The position numbers and the translations under genes were made by a program. DNA of 54,286 nucleotides, filler included, from Porpidia crustulata (taxonomy: Eukaryota): NCBI GenBank assembly GCA_964255105.1. It is 4 parts of 4 records of this genome, joined end to end, with 100 filler letters (N's around TTAATTAATTAA, not from the genome) between each part and the next. Parts side by side here need not be neighbours in the genome. Positions count along the whole stretch, not along the records: positions 1 to 13,511 come from CAXUWE010000437.1; positions 13,612 to 27,120 come from CAXUWE010000438.1; 2 more parts are not named here. One strand, 5' to 3'. Under the pieces are notes generated by a model, which was not told the origin of the DNA, ran no database searches, and saw only the letters and a list, made by a program, of their open reading frames with translations. Shown one piece after another: positions 12,623-26,804 of this stretch. Numbering within the stretch: the first letter of the stretch is position 1; the number at the start of each line of letters is the position of its first letter.

Positions 12623-13511
12623 GCCCCCCTTCCCACCCCAAAGTGCAATATCGATTTCGACATGAAAGGCTTCGAATTAACTACCCATGCCTTCCATGCG
12701 CCAGCATCCCACCTCTTCAAGCGCCTGTGGCCATTGAGCTGGAACAACATCAGTCTGGTGGCCCACAGCTGGATGCACTCACCGCCAATGCCGAAACGCG
12801 CCCCTTTGCGTCCATTTCTCAGGCATTCGTGCCGCAATCTTACCGAACCCTACAAAAAAATCCACATACACCACAGTCACCAAGCTACCCTCAACCAGAA
12901 AGGCCAAACATGGACATTTGCGTGGATGAAGCTGTCAAACCGGGCCCTTAGCATCCGTCACAGAACCGCATTCCACGCCGTTTTGAGGCGGATGAGAACA
13001 ACGTTCAATCCTAATAAAAAGCGGCACTTCCAAAATTACCCTCAAACTCGCAGTGTCTCACTACCCTTGTCCCTTTGGCCGTAACGGCATAGATCGATAA
13101 GGGGGCTCGGTGAGCTGCAACATATAGGCTTTGCTTAGGCCGTGCTAGGTGGGATCTAGGAGCTTGGACCGGACTAGATGGGATCTGGGGGCACGTTCGT
13201 GATATGGAGGATGGGAATTTGTATGTTTGGCGATGGAAATGGTTTGCTGGAGGAAGTTGGATGAGCGATGGCTTGTGTGGTGAATGACCTGATAGCAATG
13301 ACTGCTTGCGGCTTCTTTGGGGAGAAATAGATGAAGCTGAAACATATTCATTGATTTTGTCTCAATACTCCTTTGAGCAACGCCATGACTCGACATCGCA
13401 AACGCCCCTTTTGCGCTCCATCCATTCTAACCTAGAGAATCCGGGGTATATACTCAAAAAATAGACTCGCTACCCGAACGCCGGCACCCCATCCCTCCCA
13501 AATCATCACAC

Positions 13512-13611
13512 NNNNNNNNNNNNNNNNNNNNNNNNNNNNNNNNNNNNNNNNNNNNTTAATTAATTAANNNNNNNNNNNNNNNNNNNNNNNNNNNNNNNNN
13601 NNNNNNNNNNN
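13512..13611. other. Artificial assembly spacer (N44-TTAATTAATTAA-N44)
   Basis: Exactly 100 nt with a central palindrome giving stops in all six frames; the same spacer occurs three times. Confidence 0.97.
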
Positions 13612-13901
13612 AACAAGTCCATTGAAAACCAAGTATAAGCCACACGTGGGATAGAACACATCACACGACCCTTATCCATCGTTCACGAAGTTTAAAAAAA
13701 ACAAAAAACAAAAAGGTTCTGTGCATGAAGGATATGTACACAATGCAATCTCGATGCTCCAGCCGCGCTACTGCACTCGTACAGTCACACCCTCCCCATC
13801 TTCTCAACCATCATGACCCTGGGTATCCATGCTCGCTACTTCCACCGTCGAATCCTCTCTCCCGTCGTCCCTTGTTTTTACCCCATCTCCAACATGCCCA
13901 A

Positions 13902-15640
13902 TCACAAGAACGACACCGCCGCAATTCCCAGCATCGCCGCCGTCATCCAGAACCCTCCCCCAAAGCCCTTCGCCGCCGCACTCTTCTGGTTCGGTCCCCC
14001 GTTGCCTGTCCCGTTCCCGCTGCCCGTGTTCTTGCCTCCCGGCAAGCCTTGGTAGCCAAAGGTGACGTTCTGAGGGATGGTGGTATTGAGGCAGTGGCCG
14101 TTGACGATGTCGAGGTTTTTGAGATCGTCCTGGTTGAGGTCAGTGTACGATATGGAATGGCCGATAAGTGATGGGATGAGACTTACGGGGACGAGGAAGA
14201 ACATGTAGGATGACTGGGGGAGATCCTTGAAGCCACTGGTGTCGTAGGGAAAGCGGTCGCCTGAGTCGGTGGCGGTGGTATTGCGGAGGAAGATGCATTG
14301 GACTTGGCCGGGGAATTCGGTGGCCATTGCTGGATAATCTGCGTGTTCATTGTTTGATCAGCTTAGGCTACTTTACAAACGGATGGTGGTTTCTCACCTC
14401 TCATGACATCGCTATTGCTCGTATCCGCAATGAGGACGAACTTTCGCTGAGGGTAAGTTTGGAAAATCTTCTCGAGTAGGAATTTTCGGATACTGAGTGT
14501 CGCATCAACATTGCTGAAGTTGAGAGGCCGCGTATCAAAGGAGCCACCTGGATAAGTCTTATAAATAAAGTCCATGTAGTTTCGCGTAACCTGCTCCGGA
14601 GTGGTGGTCAAGTAATGAAAATGGAAATTAGGAATACTGCGAGACCAATTGGCGTAGATGTCTGGCATGTTCATCCAGGGAGTGAATGAGCGGGCAAAAG
14701 AGTTGAGGAGACCTTCCTTGGGCTCGTATATTTTAGTGATGCGGAGGATATCGTCAATGTCGGAGATGATGGAAAGTCCTGTTGGAGGGACGAGGTAGGC
14801 GGTCGCATTGCCCGTGTCTGTACCGTTAGTGTAGACATTAAGACGTTGGATCTGGGATGTGCTATTTCCAGCTTGAAGCCCCTGGCCATTAATGGGTACG
14901 AATCCATCGAAATCGCCTTCATCCGTCGTAGGTACTGGAAATTTGATAACTTGATTCCCACCTTGCGGTGTTACGGCTCCACCTCCGCCTTGTTCGCCAG
15001 AGGCTCCCGCAGTTGGCGCAGGGCTCAGGCTAAATGTGACGTTCTGGTTCTTCTGCTGAAGTACGTATATTTCGGCGGTCAGGTTTCTGGCTTGCGAAGC
15101 CTGCGAAGGCGGAAGGGACTGCACTGAAGTTCCGATCAAGAACCCGTTGGCCAGGTCGTCCAGCTTCGACGCCGAAATGTTGGGCTGTTTAAAGACATTG
15201 CCATGGAAGCGTAAGTTCCAACCCTGGTTCGTCCAGTTTCCGTAACCGCTACATTACCGATCAGCAATCATTCATCTCGGTTGACCAGAGAACATTTCTA
15301 CTCACGGAATATTCAGCACCTGTGTTGGCAGCGCGGCAACCTGACTATCGTCCAGTCCAAGGCTACTCTGCACGCCCCCTCCGGTGGGGAAGTCTTGAAA
15401 AAAGTTTGGGACACCTGAGGCAACATACGAAGGTATGTTGCCTAGATCCGATAACACCGATTTAACGTCTACCCCAACGTCACTGAGAATGTCCCTTCTT
15501 GTCTTGGTAGGATCCCACGTTGTTGGGGCTGGCGTGATTAGGGGCTGTTCCTCCACAACCACTGCCGGATTGAGGTTGACCGGAGAAGTACAGACGTTGG
15601 AAATGAGGGCGAACAACAGCGGAGAAAGAGTGCCCAGCAT
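13902..15640 (-). CDS. App1-like (DUF2183) phosphatidate-phosphatase-family protein with signal peptide and probable GPI signal, 3 exons
   Basis: Exons 15640-15306, 15248-14398 and 14338-13902. Motifs: GLSIISDIDDILRITK, FHYLTTTP, YPQRKFVLIADTSNSD, CIFLRN. Hydrophobic N-terminus; Gly/Asn-rich spacer and hydrophobic C-terminus. Confidence 0.85.
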
Positions 15641-16925
15641 CTTGGTAGGTGTGGTATGCTGGGTCAGCCCTGAAAGTCAAAAGTCGAATCGAGTTCAGCA
15701 GAAGGACAAGATCAAATCGTCAGTGGAAACAGCCCGTGTGCCAAAAATGGCTTGTGATTTGGGTAATTCTATAACAGAATGATACTGTGTGGAATGAGTG
15801 ATCAATTACACACGTCTTTCGACTATTGGATTGTGTACGTGTGGATACAGTAAGTGAATTAAAGAAATGAGAAGCGATTTCCTTGATTCTCCATCAACAA
15901 ACATGAAACCCAATTTGGTACTTCCTAATACACCCAATCACATCTTAGCTTATGACACTACCAAAGCCACATTTCACACAGCCACAAGTGGCGCTCGAAA
16001 ATGTACATATGTGACTGAGCATGACGTTGTAGGTAGCTCTTATTACCATTAAGGATCTAGCGCATATTTCGAGGTGGGTGTTATCAGGATAATGGAGAAA
16101 CCTGACGCCAAGGAAAACAATTTAATCTCTACAGAATACAAATAATCCAATCTACTGTCAGGTTGTTTGTGGTTTTAATCTACATCTCACTGATGAGAGC
16201 TTCTCCAGGGCACAGTAGAATATTGAAATGACTAGCGACGGATGAAACGGAAGATGTCTCTGCTAGTCCATATCTGTGTTTTGCTTCTGTCACGAGAGAT
16301 TGTTCCGCCTGACTTGCTAGTTCTTGAGCGGGTGCTTCCCATGGAGTATGTACTGTAAATCGAAATTACAAAGTTCAAATTCAACCATCCGCCACTCGGC
16401 CAACTGTAAGAAAGCAGTGCGCGTCTTCGCTACCACGGATATAATCTTCAAGATAATGAATGACATAGGCCTCCCATGGTACGATCCTAAAGGGTGTCGC
16501 CTCCAAGATGCCGCCCTCAAAACGCCTGTCTCAATCGAAAGCGAAGGAGAGTATAGCTGATTCGGTGTGAGCCGATATCCATGTACATGAACGGCGGTAT
16601 ATAAGGATCGAACTGAAAAAAACCAAATACGTTGGGAGAAGGCCACGCTAGCGCCAGCAAGGCGCCGTTGGGGAATATGCATAACGACGATGACCATCCC
16701 AGTAAAATACATGTGACATTTGCCGTCTAGATCGTTGAAAGTATGATGAATATTTAGATGCTCCAAGCCGGGAGAAGATGCGCTGCCTGAAGGAGTGTAG
16801 GAGTATGGACATGTACTGCCGAGATAGATTCGTGTGACATGGAGGATAATTTGTGTCATGAGCCGTCCCCAACGGGCTTTCGCAGTCGGATGAACTTAAT
16901 CGGGTAGGCAGCTTCGCAGCATTGT

Positions 16926-19900
16926 TCAACCGTCCGCTGAAGAGAAAGAGAGGTTTGACGGCTCGAAAATGACCTGTCTTACGCTTTCGAGGATCACGGC
17001 GTCCTGAGCCAGCGAGCTGGATATGGGGCGGAGAGAATTAAGGAAATTGATTGTGCGGTCGAATAGATGCTCAAGCTGTTCAGCTGTGATGAGGAACTTT
17101 AAGCTCGATTTGAATGTGGCAGCCAAGACCAGCATGTTTCCGAATTGCCTAGCCCACAGAATCGTTAGTTGGGAGCGCTTATCACAAGCCGATACAATGG
17201 GAATGCGTCTTGGCAAGCATTACAGGTATATGAGGTAGGTACTTACGCGTGCGCCGTACCAAATATATTGGTCACAATCAAGCGTTGACGGCTTAGAATA
17301 TTATCAAATGCAATGGTACTTTGGATTGCAGCCTTGACACATATTTTGGCTGAATGAAGGATTTCAGCGTGAGTATTCGATTCAGCGCTTATTGACCTGG
17401 GAGGGGCCATGGTGCCACGACTTCTATCGTGGGACTGAGAAGAATAGTTCAAGGGCTTGTTGAGAGCCCCTATAAAGACATCTGAATGAGGCGCGTCACT
17501 TCCATAAGCGGCTATCTCGCTGTCAAGCAGAACGCGGAGGAAGGGTCGGTGGATTATGTAGAGTGCGCCGTAATATTTTGCACGTAACCTCGCATCGTTA
17601 ATATCCGAAGCCGGGTCATCTTCGTCTTCCCATTGTAACCAAGGTGGAAGTACACTTCTCCAATTCTGGAGAGAGTCGTCGTGAATGTTACGCATATTGA
17701 AGAAATCCGTCTTGCGTTCGCGATTTTCTGGTGGGTGGAGATCTTTCTGCATGCTATTGAGACTGTTGCGTATGTGAATCTGGAAGGAGTAGTAGCTCAT
17801 CATCTTCTTAACTGAGCCTGGAACATTGTAGCCTTGGTTGTCGATGTGTTCGAAGTCGGCTAGCTCAGAGAAGCCTTTCGGGTACTCGAGCTCTATATCT
17901 TGAATGCCGCTCCGAGGTAGGTCAAGTTCTGCCAGAATATCGCTCTCCAGCTGCGAACAAGTCCAGAACGCGAATTTGATTAGGTCTCTACGCGTCAGAT
18001 CACGTTCCCTCGCTAATGTCGGATCTCGTACGAGATAACGACACGCCCTACATGCCGAATTATACCAACTCCAGCTCTCGAATGTTCGCGCTAGTTGACC
18101 GGCGTACAAACCTGCGAGGAGGTTGGCTTGCACGTTAGCTAGCTCATTGCTGCCATGTACGTTGCCTAAGATATCCGTAGCCTTGGCGTAATAAGCAAGC
18201 CCTGGGATGACATCGACGTTTCTCAAAGCTGGTGGCACGGAAGCTCCGTCGCTCGACGATCGGGGACTAAAATTGGTAAGATGAACACCAGGCATTGGTG
18301 AAGGAGCTGACATGTTCGCTGCGGTTGGGAATGTCGACTTTGGAGACTGCCTCAGCGAAAGCGGCGGCGGTGAATCCGTTTGTGCTCGTAACGATGTATA
18401 ATTCCGCAGGGGCACTGTCGTGTCTCCCGAAGTTTCAGAGACAGGCCCCGGTAGAGCCTCCTTCCACTCGCATATCTTTCCCAACGCCATCACGAGTAGA
18501 ACGATTGCATTAGAGGGTGACTTCTCGGGCGTGATTTTTGGGCTTGGTGGATGTGGTGCGGAGCTCTGCTCTTGGACAAAATGGCGTGAGTGACTATCTG
18601 AGAGCTTTCTTTTTCCAGCGCGATGCGCACCTACAGTCGGGTCCCGAAGGACGTCGAAGTTCGTGCTGACGTTGCCTGGCCCAGAAAATAAGTTCTTAGT
18701 CAAACTCTGCTCCGACGGATTGTATCGCATGGAGAAACGCTCGACCATTCGCGTCAAGCGGCCCTTGTCGAGAAATGGATGGAGAATATGCATGTTGTCA
18801 AGATAGCTATGAAGCAAACGCCTTAGAGTTTTTGGATCAAGCCTCAAGTGGTTGTCCGGTGTGAGCCCACCAATTGAACTCGTTATGCGCGGCTCGACAT
18901 TATTGGCAGCATCAAGGTCCGTGCCCCAGAGCCCTTCTGGTGGTGACGCTGGGCTTCGTGCTTCCGCGGTCTCTTCGCTTCGGCCACTTGTAGAGCTGGT
19001 TGCGGGACTTGCTGCGCCTGGTTGACCGCCATCAAGATAATCTTTCCCTTCACCTCGACCATAAACTCTCAAGATCCCCTTCATGTCTTCGTGCTCCATA
19101 ACATAATCCTCTCCCACTTGTCGTCCGAGCTTGGATTGCCGGACGAGTGCGATGATAGATGGCCATCGGAGGAGTCTGTGAGCGGCAGTACTGTGCTCTA
19201 TGGCAATAGGGATATCGGGTATGATTCCCGAGCCAGTGTCACGTATTGCACCGACATCACCCCCAGTTGAGTCAGTACTAGTGGTAATATGAGAACCACT
19301 CGGACTTGTGTTAACAGTCCTCCGCTCTCGACTCCTAGCTTGCTGAGACAGCACATAAGGCGCAGCCTTATGATCTGCTGTAAGTCTTCTCTTTGGGCTC
19401 TCTGTGCTGTTCACATGCTTGGGTACCATTTTGAGGTCTGGGCTTTCGACTCCAGAGCGGACGGCTGGGGTGGAGCTTTTCATATTTGACAATATCTGTT
19501 CTATACGTTCAAACCTACGCTCAAAGGTCTGGCCCAGGGTCTGCAGGTCGGTTTTTTGAGCCGTCAGCTGATCCATTATTGCTTGGTTTGCACGGTCAGC
19601 TCTAGTATAAGTCAGCGAATTGCAATGGTATCAAGGCGTTACCAAAATTTACTTAGCCGGTACCACGGTCTGATAGTTACAACTGAATCGGCCCTCGCGA
19701 CAAGTTCCACATTCAGGCCTTTGTTCATCGCACCTTGCTTTCTTAGCACGGCAGACGTCACACGCCTGACATATTAAATCAGCCATGACCAGTCTTGGTG
19801 AATGAAGAAGCGTACTTGCTGAGCGCGATTTCCTCTCTTCGGCCTTTGCATGCTGGGATGATAGCCTGGCGATCCAGAATATCCTGATCCGTTGTACGGA

Positions 19901-20478
19901 GTCGGACCGGCGTTGACGGGCGATTGGCTATATTCGGTGGAATGTCCTTGTGTGATGGGATAATTCTGTTCGTTGTAATTCGACATTGGGAGACCATGGT
20001 GAACATTTCCGTTCAATGACCCATCATGAGGAGGGTACCCCGACAAATGCACGGCATGGTCGAGATGTTGAGGCGAAAAGTGCTGAGCTTCGCTGGAAGT
20101 GACACTCAAGTTTCGCGCGGGAGCATACTGCGGATATTCGTCAGGAGATCGCGTAGCACCAGAAGCGCTGCCACGTCGAGAATAGGCGGTGTCAGAAGGA
20201 TAGCCTCTCGAGTCCCGAATGGGAGTATTGTGTCCCGAATGGGAGTGGGTATAGCCGTGCGAGATTGGATCAGGCAGATTTCTATGCTCGTGGGTGGGAG
20301 GGTCGTGGTACGGCGACTGTGGAATCGGCGGCGGCTGGACGTAGGAATTTGGCGGTGGCAGTGTGTGACTGGAGTAGCTGTGTGACTGTGAAATGGGAGG
20401 CTGCTGCTGCAGGCGGTGGGATACATTATAAGAATCCAGCCGTTGCCGCTTCGACGCCTCTGAACCTGGACCTTCCAT
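16926..20478 (-). CDS. Zn(II)2Cys6 fungal transcription factor (possibly McrA/VAD-5-like group), 4 exons
   Basis: Exons 20478-19816, 19765-19653, 19601-17247 and 17148-16926. Exon 2 encodes ACDVCRAKKARCDEQRPECGTCREGRFSCNY. The middle homology region has HILHPFLD, NVDVIPGLAYY, LESDILAEL, ARLRAKYYGA and TNIFGTAHAQFGNMLVL. Start codon and subfamily are tentative. Confidence 0.9.
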
Positions 20479-23400
20479 CTATTCGTCTCACAGTAACGGT
20501 CAAATCCATCTGCTCCAACCGTGACCGGCTCATGCGCGCTTCGGGTGCGGTCTATCCAAAGCCAGCACGAAATATGTATCACCAATCGAGAAACTCATCA
20601 GGGTTGCCACGAAACGCACGCCATCGTGCTACCAGATGCCAATATGGATGATGGAAAGTATATACGACCGAGCTGCAGAAACGTCAACGCGCGCTCTCAC
20701 GGGCAGGCGTCGTCAACCTGGGGTAGCACAGTCCCGTCAGAGTTTATGACAGCGGGCAGCGTACCGGAGACCCGAAGACCCTTTCTTGACCAGAAGAACC
20801 TTTCTAGGTTTCTGGGCACCTCACAGGGCTATGGAAAGAAAGCGAAACCCAAATGCCAGCCTACCGGTACGAATCGGACGGGTGTGGTTGAGGGAGCAAT
20901 AACGATGGTAGAGTGTAAATAATTATGATGTGGAGAAGAGGTGATCACTAGCAAGGTAGGCAAGGAATCTCTCTTTCGAGGTAAGCGCAAGGTACTTTGG
21001 TACAATTGTTGTTGCTACTCTACTACTACCATATGGACTAGGCGACTAGGTACTACTGCTACTCTACATACCTTACTCCAGATCCCAGACTCCAGACTCC
21101 AGTCATCTTTGACGGCTGAGCTTTCTGTTTCGGTCGAATGTAGATCCTGAAGTAGGCAAGGTAACACAACTCATCGGGTGACCGTCTTTACCAGCTTGAG
21201 CAATGAGCAGTCCCGAAACCAGGGAACCGGTCGAGAAGGCGTTGCAGGGGTATACGGTGGAGGAGGGCGGAGAGATTGACACTACTGGCTAGTCAAGGTA
21301 AGGTGGGCGTGTGGGCACGTAGGGGAGTGGTAGGTAAGGTAGGTAAGTTAAGGTAGTGACAGTCACTGTTATTTTAATATTCTTTTCTCAGCAATATAAC
21401 ACGGTACCATTGCTGTATGGTAAAGTACCACAGTACTCAGTACCTATCATTATCAATAAATATTGTCATCCTTGGTTCAGCCACAGTTCTATCTATTGCC
21501 GATCGCGTACTGCGCATGGCTTCCAATTCTTAAAGTGTCGAATTGATGCTATTTAGACTTTATCGCTGCCTCCCATTGGTTTTTAGCCTCCTAGGATGCA
21601 TTCCACATCATACGGTGGTATCATTATCTAGCTTGCAGGCAACGCAGAGGCAAATATGAATTTGAAACTCGTATTAGGCTCTCCCACGCCACGAACTAGC
21701 ACTGTTAATTTCGTCCAATAGTAAGTGATCTATGGTATCACGATCACAACTCAGATCCCACGTCCGAGCGTAGAGCTTTTGAGCCTGACCGAATTATCGA
21801 TCCACAGAATGTCGTAGATAAAGCTCTTGCGGTTCTATTACAGTAACACGGTCCGGATGTATTGCTTGAGGGGGTATTACGTTGCCTCTTTCTGCTGACC
21901 CTCGGACTCTCTACATGCACACATCAAGATTGAAACGGCCGTATCAAGCATGGATAACGTCCAGATACATCGCTTGCCACGGATGGTTGTGACTGCAAGT
22001 CGCTCTCTCAGAAGGCAGAATAGTAGTTACGAAGCCCAGTCCACTTGTATATTACTACAAATACCTGACGCTTCATGAGATCTTGCGAACACAGACGCGC
22101 TCTTCCGAAGAAAGTAAGCAACGTCCGCTGCTAAGAGTGAAGTCTATCTGTATCGAAACAACCTCTGAATGTCCTCTATGACAAATCTTTCAAAACAGGA
22201 TCGAGGTTATGATACCGCTGTGATACGGTTCTGTACCCCAGCACGCTTAGAAGTCTAGGCCTCTTGGTTGGAAGTGCCTAAAAGTGTTGTAAGCGGTCCC
22301 TGAAGGTCAGGATGCCGCAAGTACCCAATTGGATCAATTTTGGCATTCACCGACATTTTGACAGCTTCCTCCGACCAACTAGGTGCTGCAAATCGCAGCA
22401 TATACCTTCCAATCGATCATGTTCGAACTTTGCTCACTATCGTATAGCGGGCGCGAAATCGATGATTACCAAACATAAGTTACCGCAACAGATATCCGAC
22501 GATCCCACAAGGTGGGGGCGCGTGGGGTTGGACTACTGGCCTTTCAAGCTTGCCAAGTGCGTTTTGTGGAGATATTTGTGATGAATTCGTTAGCTGGAGC
22601 TCCTGACTTAATTTCTTTGCCAGGCAAGAGAGGTCGGTGGCCTCAGATGTTGGAGTCAAAATGACGCCCGACTTGATAGACTCTGCTGCTATATTTACTG
22701 TGAGACAGCCGCTCTCAAGCCCCCTCGGACAGAGATCTTCTGCTAATATGACGATCCCAATGTTCACTACCTTATGTTTGTGTTATCATTATCATCAGGA
22801 CGTAATCATCCCGCGGACAATTTATCAAGCCTCAAGCCTCAAGCCTCAGAACTCAGGGCTCAGGACTCAGGAGCAGCTCATCAGACCTGGTAGACATAGG
22901 CTATCAAATATCTGATATTACTTTCTCCGGGTGGCAAGCGGGCATCTCGCAATCAACCGTCAGCTTTACGATATTATCACCATATCACAGTCGATTATTA
23001 GAGTATCATGGGAATATCTTACTACTCGTGGGACGGCACATCTTTGTACCTAGCACTTTAGCGGAAGACCCAGCAGGGTCAGTACCCTCCTAGTTTCGCT
23101 TACGACTACTTCACTGGTCGTGTCGCTTCTCGGTTATGATATTTTAATTGTCATCCATGGGACCACAAGACAACAAGTAGGCCGAAGAGGAGGGGAAACA
23201 GAGGAGAACGGGAGGAGAGGAGAAGCGCGGAAGGGTCGAAATTTTGAAATGGGGGTTTTGTCCTCCTCGGCCTGGAGGGCTGATTTTCCAACACCCTTGA
23301 AGCCAGAACTTGGCTTCAGAAGCGGAAATTCGCCCTACCAACAATTAATTGCCACATTCAATTGTGGACCACCGGCCTCTGGGAGGTAGATCTAGCTGTC

Positions 23401-25496
23401 GCTTTGGATGGGTGTTGGGGAGATGTTTCTCCGCCTTTTCTGTCGGTAGCCTTGTGTGTCATGCGTCAGTCTACTGCAGACGCACCTTGCATCTACCTTA
23501 TGCTCTGCATGCGAGCAAGCGTGTGCGCATTCGAAGTTTTCTTGTGCGACCCCGAACACAACCTCGAGCAGTTAGGAGGACGTTATTCTCGTAGGACAAC
23601 AGGGCAACATGTGGCAGAGCCTCATTCGATCGACGACCTACCACGGCTGACATGTCGTATCGTCGACACCGTCACCGCCTGAGAGATGATTTGAAATTGT
23701 CAGATCCAGCTAACTCAGCCGTCCCGCGCATGTGATAAGATCTTTCGACAGCATTTGTGCTCGAGCATTGTGATAATGCAATCGCGCACCGTGCCTCCGC
23801 AACTCTGCATTTCTCTTACACCGACATTTATTCTACAATTACAGCCTGATATCTTACTATCGTGATCTGTGATCATCTGCCAGTGATGACGTTGTAGTAG
23901 GGCGCAGAGTGGCTGCTAAGTATTTGAGCACGAAGAGAAAGATAACCAAGTGCCGGCAGATAATTCAACGGCCAGGCGCCTGGTCTCCCAGATAAGTAAT
24001 AATTCCCACTCATCTGTACGTACCTTATAATTCTGATAGAAGGCGCCCGTCAGTGGTCAGATTTACCTGTCTGAAATATTCTACTAACCGCAAGCGATGT
24101 TCGGTGCAGTTTGCCTACCTTGGCCATGCACGCTGTACCCACGTTGTGCGGCCGCTATCTCCCGGCCAAGGTTCAAAAGGCATGTGGGTTGTTGATGTGT
24201 GCTGGTGTTATTGTAAGGACGATTGCTACTGACTCGTTTTTAGGTGCCGCTGGGTAAGGTGCTGCTGATAGTGCGACTACCAAGGTTAGCTTTCACAGCT
24301 TTGCCTCTTATTTGATCATGTACATCTCTTTGGTTGGCCCTACCTCCGGTTGTCATGATTGATCACATTCGGCACCGCATATTTTTTTGGGGACGCGAGT
24401 TGGTGACTTTCAATGCATAATCTGGATCAATATAACGCAGCACGAATCTGATAGTGATCTCGTTTGATATTTCGTCACATCACGCTCTCTATGATCGGGA
24501 TTCTCGTATTGACCAGACGTCTGCCCCATGTAAACGCTCAATATTGCACCTCTCGAGGGGCCATAGGGAAATCCGTTATCTTGGTGACTTGGTGAAATTG
24601 TCAACAATCTGGAGGGACCTGTCCAAGATCGTATCCGAATGCTTCACTCACGCCAAATACCCAGTCCTTCGGATTTGAATTGTCTATTCGAGCTGTTTGC
24701 CATCATATTCTCGGAGCTCTTACTCTGAAGTCAGAGTGTTACTCTTGTGTTCGAGTCATGTTGTACATCCTAGACGTTTCATCTCACACCACAGTACCTG
24801 TCTTCTAGTCCACTTTGCTTATTCGATCTAGCGTAAGCAATGCTATACCAGTGGCATTATAAGAGTTTGCTTCGCTTTGGTTCTAATGGTATCTTTTCTA
24901 AGGAGCTATAGGAATAATATGACTCCTTACCGTGTTTCGGAAGTAAGGTAGTCACAGACAGATAATTGTGATCGGTCAAACGGCTTTCTAGCAATGTTGC
25001 GCCCCTAGCACTTGGCTCGAGAAACACCCATGAGCATGTTGAGTAGAGACATTCAACCAGACCTAGTCTTAAGTCTGTGTCCAGCACCAGATCAGATGAA
25101 AGTATTTCTGTGGTGGAAACTCCTGAGACCGTCTCGACTATTCGCGTTTAAGCTCTAAAGATATCAAGCTGTCCGGAGTGAATGACTGACTGCGATACAT
25201 GCTTTACCTTGTCTTGTGCATCAACAGTCTCCTTGCGCCCATAAGGGGAATACGTCAAAAGGTTGACCAGCCCTATGGGCGCGTGTCGGGGTCGCGGAAC
25301 CAGATTCCGCGCTAGATGCTGGTTGAAGGAGCCACGGTAGCTTCAACCTTCAACACCAGGATGCAAGATAGCATGCTCTGAAAAGCCTTCATTCTTTCTT
25401 CGAAGATACGATGCCACTCGAAGCGTCTTAACTCACTCTCCAGCCGATAATTGCTCTGCTGAGCTTGGCATTTCCTGCATTTGCCCAAAGGGCACA

Positions 25497-26804
25497 ATGC
25501 TGCTCTTATCAGCATTTTTGCTATGTCTCATTCCTCTGGTCATTTGCGCCGAAGACTACTACAAGCTCCTGAATATCGACAAATCGGCTTCGGAAAGGGA
25601 TATCAAGAAAGCCTACCGAACCCTCAGCAAGAAATATCATCCTGACAAAAACCCGTGAGTGGCTCCACAAATTCCTCCTTGACGTGTATCAGTCTGACTT
25701 ATTTCCCATAATTCCAGAGGAAATGACTCCGCCGCACAAAAGTTTGTCGAAATTGCCGAAGCCTACGACGCCCTCTCCGTTACCGAAACCCGCAAAATCT
25801 ACGACCAATATGGCCACGAAGGCCTGAAACAGCACCAACAAGGCCACGGCGCCGGCGGCCGCTCGCACGATCCCTTTGACCTCTTCAGCCGCTTCTTTGG
25901 CGGCGGCGGCCACTCGGGCCACGGTGGCGGCCAACGCCGCGGGCCCGACATGGAAGTCCGCGTGTCGGTGCCACTGAGGGATTTCTACACCGGCGCCGAG
26001 CACGAATTCCAAATCGAGAAGCAGCAAATTTGCGAGGAGTGCGAGGGCTCCGGCAGCGCGGACGGGGCCGTGGACACGTGCGGGAAGTGCGGCGGCCGAG
26101 GTATGGTGGTGCAGAAGCACATGCTCGCGCCGGGCATCTTCCAGCAAATGCAAATGGCCTGCGACCAATGCGGCGGCAAGGGCCAAACCATCAAACACCC
26201 CTGCAAAACCTGCGGCGGCAGCCGCGTTGTGCGCAAAACCGCATCCCACACCCTCAGCGTCGAGCGCGGCATGCCCAAGGGCCAACGCATCACGTACGAG
26301 AACGAAGCAGACGAGTCCCCCGACTGGGTCGCCGGTGACCTCGTCGTAATTCTCGACGAGCAAGAACCCTCGCTCGCCTCTGCTTCCGACGACGACCCGG
26401 CCCACCGCACCGACGGCACCTTCTTCCGCCGCAAGGGCCGCGACCTCTTCTGGAAGGAAGTGCTCTCGCTCCGGGAAGCCTGGCTCGGCGCCTGGACGCG
26501 CAACCTGACGCACCTTGACGGCCGCCCCGTGCGCCTGTCGCGCCCGCGCGGCGCTATCGTGCAACCCGGCCAGGTCGAGGTCGTGAAGGGCGAGGGCATG
26601 CCGGTGTGGATGGGCGAGGGCGAGCACGTCGAGGTGGATACGTTCGGGGGGTTGGTGGTCGAGTACACGGTCGTGCTGCCGGATGGCATGGAGGGCGCGA
26701 TGGAGAAGGAGTTTTGGGCGGTGTGGGAGAAGTGGCGGAAGAAGCGCGGGGTCGATCTTGGGAGGGATGGCGGACGGCCGGCTGGGAGGCATGAGGAATT
26801 ATGA
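25497..26804 (+). CDS. SCJ1: ER-lumenal type I DnaJ co-chaperone, 2 exons
   Basis: Signal peptide, J-domain (EDYYKLL...KYHPDKNP), intron 25655-25717, G/F region, four CxxCxGxG motifs, and C-terminal HEEL ER-retrieval signal. Confidence 0.93.

Noticed and set aside
12619..13400. Several overlapping 70-140 aa ORFs downstream of the zinc-finger gene
   Set aside because: No recognisable domain or consistent splice model; could be 3' UTR or a decayed gene.
13512..13611. TTAATTAATTAA palindrome flanked by Ns, three times in the window (also 27121-27220 and 40728-40827)
   Set aside because: Exact 100-nt scaffolding spacer with six-frame stops; not biological.
16317..16929. ORFs of 78-180 aa between the App1-like gene and the Zn2Cys6 gene
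   Set aside because: No motif support; many stops in the most coding-like frame; unassignable.
25689..26792. 367-aa antisense ORF over SCJ1 (and a 234-aa one)
   Set aside because: Shadow of high-GC3 codon usage; no recognisable motifs.
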